A model generated the notes under the pieces. That model ran no database searches. It was not told the DNA's origin and saw only the letters and a program-made list of their open reading frames with translations. Below are positions 58,508-64,000 of a DNA stretch of 64,000 nucleotides, piece after piece; position 1 is the first letter of the stretch; the number at the start of each line of letters is the position of its first letter. This DNA is from Candidatus Wolfebacteria bacterium RIFCSPLOWO2_01_FULL_47_17b (GTDB lineage: Bacteria > Patescibacteriota > Minisyncoccia > UBA6257 > JAGOQP01), in the NCBI GenBank assembly GCA_001793865.1, contig MGIS01000024.1, forward strand, positions 21,525 through 85,524, in the 5' to 3' direction. The translations under genes were made by a program, and so were the position numbers.

Positions 58508-58634
58508 CCCGTTAGAAGTTCTTGGCTGGAAAAATTTGTAAAATTTTTCTCGGCGCATACAATACGGGATATATTAATAAATAAAGTTTTCTAAAAATGA
58601 TTTCTGTATCATATAAGGATAAACTTCTAACGGG
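58508..58634. mobile_element. MITE-like element (TIR CCCGTTAGAAGTT / AACTTCTAACGGG) abutting clpP start codon
   Basis: 13-bp perfect stem; ATGAAT direct repeats flank it (58502-58507 and 58635-58640). Confidence 0.6.
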
Positions 58635-59225
58635 ATGAATCTCGTACCAATGGTCATAGACAAGTCCCAGTTCGGTGAACGGGCATACGATATTTTTTCC
58701 CGCCTTTTGAAGGAGAGGATTATTTTTGTCGGCGGGCCGATCAGCGATGAAGTTGCCAATCTTGTGATTGCCCAGCTTCTGTTTTTGGACCATGAAGATC
58801 CGAAAAAAGATATTCAAATGTACATCAACAGCCCTGGGGGATCGGTTACGGCTGGGCTTGCTATCTATGATACGATGCAGCATGTGCGCCCCGATGTATC
58901 TACAATTAGCGTGGGGATCGCCGCCTCCATGGCATCGGTGCTTTTGGCGTCCGGCAAAAAAGGTAAGCGCTACGCATTACCCAATTCCGAGATTCTTTTG
59001 CATCAAGTGATGGTGGAAGGGATCGGTGGTCAGGCAAGTGAAATTGAAATCGGAGCCAAGCAAATTTTGAAACTTAAACAGCGGCTCAATGAGATGCTTG
59101 CAAAACACACGGGCCAAACGCTTACCAAGATCGAAAAAGACACCGATCGCGATTTTTATCTTACGGCGGATGAGGCCAAGGCATACGGCATCATTGATAG
59201 CATCATCAAGTCAAAAATAAAATAA
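58635..59225 (+). CDS. clpP: ATP-dependent Clp protease proteolytic subunit
   Basis: '[19 protein letters not shown]', catalytic Ser in '[11 protein letters not shown]'. Confidence 0.9.
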   Translation: MNLVPMVIDKSQFGERAYDIFSRLLKERIIFVGGPISDEVANLVIAQLLFLDHEDPKKDIQMYINSPGGSVTAGLAIYDTMQHVRPDVSTISVGIAASMASVLLASGKKGKRYALPNSEILLHQVMVEGIGGQASEIEIGAKQILKLKQRLNEMLAKHTGQTLTKIEKDTDRDFYLTADEAKAYGIIDSIIKSKIK

Positions 59226-60241
59226 TGGCGAACATCGCCCTTTTTCACATATCCGGCTGGGAACGGGAATATCTGACAAAGAAGCTTACCGATGCGGGAC
59301 ATTCGGTAGATGTGTATGACCACTCCCTTGATGCAGAGCACCTCCCCGACAAGCGGGACTACGAGGTGCTTTCTGTTTTTGTGGGATCGGCGGTGACTCC
59401 GGATGTGATCGATGCGTTTGGGAGCGTAAAGCTGATCACAACCCGTTCGACTGGATACGATCATGTGGACATTGCACATGCTCGGCAGAAAGGGATTTCG
59501 GTGGGATACGTACCGCATTACGGCGAAAACACCGTCGCGGAGTTTGCGATGGGGCTTTTGCTTACGCTGTCCCGCAAGCTGTATCTGGGTATTGACCGCA
59601 TTAAGGAGACGGCGCAATTTTCATATGAAGGACTGGAAGGTTTTGATTTGAAAGGAAAGACCGTTGGCGTAATAGGAACGGGCAGGATCGGCAAGCATTT
59701 CATACAGATGCTGAAGGGATTTGATGCGCGGGTTGTGGCGTACGATGTGTATCCGAACAAAGAGCTTGCCGCGGAGCTTGGCTATACAATGGTCTCACTG
59801 GATGAGCTGTATGCCGCAAGCGACATTATTTCCCTGCATTGCCCCTGCACGCCCAAAACAACGCACTTGCTCAATAAAGAAGCATTTTCAAAGATGAAAA
59901 AAGGAGTTGTGCTTATAAATACAGCGCGCGGCGCGCTCATTCAGACCGAAGCGCTCGTGGCCGCCCTGCAGAACGGCACGGTGGCCGGCGCAGGGTTGGA
60001 CGTACTGGAGGAGGAGGGAGTTGCATCGGATGAAATGGGCTATGTTATGCACGGCGGAAGTTTGGACAAGGCCCGTACGATGCTTGCGAACCATATCCTT
60101 ATGGATCATCCCAATGTGGTCATCACGCCGCATAACGCGTTCAATACCAAAGAAGCAAAAACCCGCATTTTAGACGCTGATTTCGAAAACATCACTTCGT
60201 TTCTCACCTCCTCCGTCCCGGCCTTTCCGGTCAAGATTTAA
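59225..60241 (+). CDS. D-isomer-specific 2-hydroxyacid dehydrogenase (NAD-binding)
   Basis: 'GVIGTGRIGKHFIQMLKGFDARVVAYD' Rossmann motif, catalytic His region. Confidence 0.8.
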   Translation: MANIALFHISGWEREYLTKKLTDAGHSVDVYDHSLDAEHLPDKRDYEVLSVFVGSAVTPDVIDAFGSVKLITTRSTGYDHVDIAHARQKGISVGYVPHYGENTVAEFAMGLLLTLSRKLYLGIDRIKETAQFSYEGLEGFDLKGKTVGVIGTGRIGKHFIQMLKGFDARVVAYDVYPNKELAAELGYTMVSLDELYAASDIISLHCPCTPKTTHLLNKEAFSKMKKGVVLINTARGALIQTEALVAALQNGTVAGAGLDVLEEEGVASDEMGYVMHGGSLDKARTMLANHILMDHPNVVITPHNAFNTKEAKTRILDADFENITSFLTSSVPAFPVKI

Positions 60242-61004
60242 TCTTGCACGGTGTTGTTTGTGCAAGATTAAATCTTGGACATTTTTGAATACAAGGATTG
60301 AATTTCGTTTGCATTTGGGTTTTGAAGCCAATTCGTTATTTCTTTCTCATATTTATCTGGCCCATTAAAAAAATCCATAAGAAATTTTCTATTTGTAACA
60401 AGTGGGAAGTTTGGTGTTCCGATATAATCTAGATGGCTACTCCATCTATACCCACTCAAATACTCCATTGCTTTTCGGGGATTCTCAACGCCTCCATTCC
60501 TCCATTCTGGAAATTTTAAATCGAGAGGATTTAGGTGGATGTAATACGGTAGGTGGAGAAGGTGTGCGTCTTTTTTAACTTCCGCAGATTTATATGTCCC
60601 TTGAAACAGTGAGCCAGATCGTTCGTATTTTATGTTGAAATACATCGTGTATGCTATTCCTATCTTCTGCATGAATTTTTGAATTCCATCTTTCTTAATT
60701 TCTTGTAGCATAAGGTGGAAGTGGTTTGGCATCAGGCAAAAAGCAAGAATGTTCACTAAGGGACTTCCTTTTCTCTCCTTTTTTAGGTTTTCTTCGTCTA
60801 TGTCTTCTATTCTTCGTTTAGTATTTTTCTCTGATGTTTCTGTTGAATTGAATTCAAATAAATCTAGGACAAGTCGTATCCTATCTTTATCTTCTTGAAA
60901 TATGTTTCTTTTATCTACACCTCTGTTGTATATATGGAAGATTTTATTCATTTTATTTTAATTCAAGATTAAATCTTGCACATGATGTGCAAGATTTAAT
61001 CTTG
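60232..61004. mobile_element. IS200/IS605-like unit: HuH gene flanked by subterminal hairpins (60232-60277 and 60964-61004)
   Basis: Left CAAGATTTAATCTTGCAC-N10-GTGCAAGATTAAATCTTG; right perfect 20-nt-arm palindrome CAAGATTAAATCTTGCACAT/ATGTGCAAGATTTAATCTTG. Confidence 0.65.
60268..60951 (-). CDS. IS200/IS605-like (RAYT-like) HuH Y1 transposase family protein, second paralog
   Basis: 'MPNHFHLML' HuH; clearly homologous to 14369-15085 product ('IYHIYNRGV', 'ERSG-LFQG-K', 'LPYYIH-N-LD'). Confidence 0.6.
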   Translation of the reverse strand: MNKIFHIYNRGVDKRNIFQEDKDRIRLVLDLFEFNSTETSEKNTKRRIEDIDEENLKKERKGSPLVNILAFCLMPNHFHLMLQEIKKDGIQKFMQKIGIAYTMYFNIKYERSGSLFQGTYKSAEVKKDAHLLHLPYYIHLNPLDLKFPEWRNGGVENPRKAMEYLSGYRWSSHLDYIGTPNFPLVTNRKFLMDFFNGPDKYEKEITNWLQNPNANEIQSLYSKMSKI

Positions 61005-61012
61005 AACGCCGG

Positions 61013-64000
61013 CTATTCCTGGAAGTAATATCGGGTGGGGTCGGTTGCGGCGAGGTAGTAGGTTTGGCCGCCGGCGCTGGAAAAGCCGAGTACATAATAC
61101 GCGACGGTGAGGAAATCGTTTGGTGATAGTGTGCCAACCTGTTCTTTGATGAGGTCTATGTGGATCGAACTGGCGCCTACGCTGTTTGGATGAATATAGT
61201 TTTGATTAACGGGGCAAGATGCGGCGTTGTCGTTCAGCACAAGCGCGGGCGCGGTGGTTTGTTTGTTGTTGCATTTACGATATGAGACGGGCAGGGCGGA
61301 TGCGCGCATGTCTTCGCTCCACTCTGCATCAAGTGCTTGACCCCCTCCGACGTGGAATGAGCTCATTGTGGCTGGGTCGCTATTCAAGAAGAAGATGACA
61401 AGCTTGGCAGAGCCGCTTCCAGTATTTTGTGTGTATAGATCCGGTATAAAAGGATATGCATCATATTGCAGTTCAACAGTAGGGGATTCTTGGCTGGTGA
61501 ATAAGATATTTGATACATATGCGGGTATGTCGATATCCCCTTTGTATGAGACGCCGACCGTTGTTGCAGTTAGTGCGGTTGCGCGGATGGCGTAAGTTCG
61601 CCCAACTTCTGATATTTGGAAGCGGTAATAATCAACATCGGCTGTACCCATCTTGACAGGATTATCGGGATCGGATACATCTTCTATAAGATAGTGTTCA
61701 TTTTCCTGTAGTTCTCCTTGCCAGCTCGCGACAAGCGCAGGCGCGAACCGTTGCATGTCGCGTTCCTCTTCGGGCGTATCCTGTAAACTCGCGAGGTATT
61801 CAAGAGTAAGTGTTGACGTGTCTGTGGTCTCGTCTTCCCCAACTTCTTCCGGGGGACCACATATATTTATTTCTCCCGGTGTCGGAGCCCCTGGGCACCA
61901 CACACTTTCCGTAATCTGCAAAGAGTTTCCGGTTTCACTTGCTCCCCATGAAGAATCAAACTCCACTGAATCAATTTTTAAGTCACTGTTATACAAGGCA
62001 AGCGTGTCTGATTCGTTTTTTATGGAGCAGGATGGGCAGGAGCTTTGTAAAAGCATGCCCGAAAAGCCTGGAAATTCTTCCAGGAATCCATTTGTGTCAT
62101 ATGCGATGATCGCATATTCGCCTGGAGACAATACTGCGTCTCCTTGCGCTGGCGTTATCGTGTGTTTTGTACCCTCTTTCTCGGTATGTTTCCAGTTCAG
62201 CAGGTCGGCGTTAGTTGTATCTTCATTAAAAATTTCTATCCATTCCCGACCATTATCTGCTCCAATCGGGTCGTAATATATTTCGGTAATCGTAACCGCA
62301 GTAAATATGGGCGAGGGGCTTGGTGAGGTGGATGGGAACGGTGAGATGGTTGGGGATGCTGACGCGGCTGGTGAGGACGAAGGTGAGGGCGAAAGTGTTG
62401 GATCGGCGTCGTTTGCTTCACTCCCTCCTACCCCTCCGCCGGAGGATGATCCCCCAGTCTGTGATGGAGTAGAATTTGTCCTTTTAGGCGTGCCGTCGGT
62501 TATCGAGGATGTGTACCATACGCGGGTCGATTCATTACGCTCCATTGTTTTACGGCTCGAAGCATTTCCCGCTTGCCACTTTGTGTTTGTAAGTGCGTCT
62601 ATGATGCCGCATGCGGCATTGAACAGGTATAGTTTCTCTCCTTCATTTGCCAACGTGCCAGTATATATTATATCTGCTTTGATCCCCGGCATAGAAGTAT
62701 CATCCGTGCGCTCAAGCAGGGCATAGGCGTCTGCCTGGATTGTTATGCTTGGAAACGACATATCCACCGATCCGTCAGCTGTTTTTAGCCCCCAACCGGA
62801 AAGGTTTATGCTTGAGTTGGAGATATTTTTCAGCTCGATCCACTCGTTTGCCGCGCTTTTGGTTGTTCCCATCCATGCGATTTCGGTTATGAGAATTGGG
62901 GAATAGGTGGGTGTCGCGTTTGTTGGAATGGAGCAGGTGTTTGGTACGGGGGATGGTGACGGAGTTGGTTTAGGCGAGAGCGTTGCTTTTAGTGTTGGCG
63001 TTGGCTTTGGTGATGCTTTTGCTTGCGGTAAGCTTGTTGAAGCCGGAGATGTTTTTGGCGAGGAAGAGGGTCTATATGTTGGGGTGGGAGATTTTTGAGG
63101 TGCAACCTCCCCGGACCGAGGTTGAATATCGGTGACAGGCGATGTGACAATCTTAGGCGAACTTATAGGAATCGTAATAATCTGCTCATTATTCGACGAC
63201 CCTCCGCCGAAGATCGAATTGATTGTATTTTCGGCGAATTCAATTATTTGGCCTATAAATGTTTTCTTTTTGGTGAGGAATTCGGGATTATTTTTATTTT
63301 TCTCGGCTTCTTGAAAGAAGAGATCTATGACTCCCGCGCTGTATTCTATTGCTTTTTTTGAAAGCAGGTTCCAGTAGTCGTTCATTACGACATTGTTTTC
63401 TAGAGTAAAATCTTTTTTTGTTGTTATTAGAGCACTTGAACCACTTACCTGTGTATAGAGGTGAAGTTCTTTTCCAGATTCGTCTTTCCCTATTCCATAT
63501 AATAGATTTCCAATCTGTATTACATCGGTTGGTTGTGGTTTACTATAACCGCTTTGAATTCCGATCGTATCTTTGCTGTAGAAATTATTATTTGAATATA
63601 CAGCGAGATCGGTGAAGAATGAGTCAAGGTTGGGGAGTATTTTTGGCGTCAAGCCTGCGTTTCTGGGTGCGTTTGCGTAGTCGGGAGCGTCGGGATTGAA
63701 TCGCTTTGCGTAATTTTCATACGGACTTCCTTCGGGATGTGTATCGTTTCGGGTATGGTCTGGCACGGATGTGTCTTCCATAAGGTGCAGAATGTGCCCG
63801 AGGGTGAATAGCGCCATTTCTTTTTCACCTTGTATCCAGTATCTCAAGGCCTCGTTCCATGTAAAATCGGATGTGGGGAAGTACGGCTGTATTTTCCCAG
63901 ACTGCATAGCGGAAAGAACCGTGGCGATGACGGGTGAATACACAAAAGATGTTTGGTTCTTGGAATCTTGCGCCCAATCCTTTGATTTCTGCCAGTTTCC
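61013..64000 (-). CDS. very large secreted protein with Zn-phospholipase-C/P1-nuclease-like N-domain, Pro/Ser/Thr linkers and two lamin-tail domains (5' end beyond window)
   Basis: 'LGHILHLMEDTSVPDHTRNDTH' Zn site-like; LTD motifs 'ILITEIAWMG...EWIELKN' and 'VTITEIYYDP...EWIEIFN'; frame open to window edge. Confidence 0.55.
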   Translation of the reverse strand, partial: GNWQKSKDWAQDSKNQTSFVYSPVIATVLSAMQSGKIQPYFPTSDFTWNEALRYWIQGEKEMALFTLGHILHLMEDTSVPDHTRNDTHPEGSPYENYAKRFNPDAPDYANAPRNAGLTPKILPNLDSFFTDLAVYSNNNFYSKDTIGIQSGYSKPQPTDVIQIGNLLYGIGKDESGKELHLYTQVSGSSALITTKKDFTLENNVVMNDYWNLLSKKAIEYSAGVIDLFFQEAEKNKNNPEFLTKKKTFIGQIIEFAENTINSIFGGGSSNNEQIITIPISSPKIVTSPVTDIQPRSGEVAPQKSPTPTYRPSSSPKTSPASTSLPQAKASPKPTPTLKATLSPKPTPSPSPVPNTCSIPTNATPTYSPILITEIAWMGTTKSAANEWIELKNISNSSINLSGWGLKTADGSVDMSFPSITIQADAYALLERTDDTSMPGIKADIIYTGTLANEGEKLYLFNAACGIIDALTNTKWQAGNASSRKTMERNESTRVWYTSSITDGTPKRTNSTPSQTGGSSSGGGVGGSEANDADPTLSPSPSSSPAASASPTISPFPSTSPSPSPIFTAVTITEIYYDPIGADNGREWIEIFNEDTTNADLLNWKHTEKEGTKHTITPAQGDAVLSPGEYAIIAYDTNGFLEEFPGFSGMLLQSSCPSCSIKNESDTLALYNSDLKIDSVEFDSSWGASETGNSLQITESVWCPGAPTPGEINICGPPEEVGEDETTDTSTLTLEYLASLQDTPEEERDMQRFAPALVASWQGELQENEHYLIEDVSDPDNPVKMGTADVDYYRFQISEVGRTYAIRATALTATTVGVSYKGDIDIPAYVSNILFTSQESPTVELQYDAYPFIPDLYTQNTGSGSAKLVIFFLNSDPATMSSFHVGGGQALDAEWSEDMRASALPVSYRKCNNKQTTAPALVLNDNAASCPVNQNYIHPNSVGASSIHIDLIKEQVGTLSPNDFLTVAYYVLGFSSAGGQTYYLAATDPTRYYFQE

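Noticed and set aside
1-64000. CRISPR arrays or cas genes
   Set aside because: No regularly spaced direct repeats with unique spacers were seen. The repeats present are palindromic MITE/REP-like elements with non-uniform spacing.

Overview
This window reads as a bacterial chromosomal segment around the replication origin, with a DGR, a type-IV-secretion-like locus and several intergenic hairpin-repeat families as its accessory content. Gene order at the origin is PBP-dnaN-dnaA / rpmH-rnpA-yidC-jag. Housekeeping genes follow (polA, uvrD/pcrA-like, rsmA, pyrG, metG, ruvA, rpsT, a Mur ligase, two beta-CASP RNases including RNase J, secG, nusA, clpP, tRNA-Leu). Gene content and architecture (short proteins, pilin-fused proteins) look like a small-genome CPR/Patescibacteria-type organism; that lineage call is inference only.

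From about 19.9 to 34.4 kb lies a type-IV-secretion/conjugation-like locus. It has a VirB6/TrbL-like polytopic protein, a PrgI/VirB3-like small membrane protein, a VirB4 ATPase split at an A6 tract, and a pilin-like protein fused to M15-like peptidase domains. No relaxase, VirD4 or integrase is present. A complete diversity-generating retroelement sits at 47.0-50.2 kb: a pilin-leader target with a C-terminal VR, then avd, TR and RT.

The most unusual content is the repeats. Two unrelated palindromic-element families each have a loaded copy carrying a four-helix-bundle (Avd/IVS-protein-like) gene, plus empty solo copies. A MITE-like family with 'CCCCGTTAGAAG' inverted termini has one copy inserted in-frame in polA and two copies directly upstream of start codons, with compensatory stem changes. 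A 30-40-nt hairpin element is inserted in-frame in four genes, including the DGR RT and the DGR target leader. Two IS200/RAYT-like HuH genes are flanked by hairpins. There are also a HepT/MntA pair, a Fic gene with palindromic operators, and a (AAACTCA)x5 repeat inside an essential Mur ligase.
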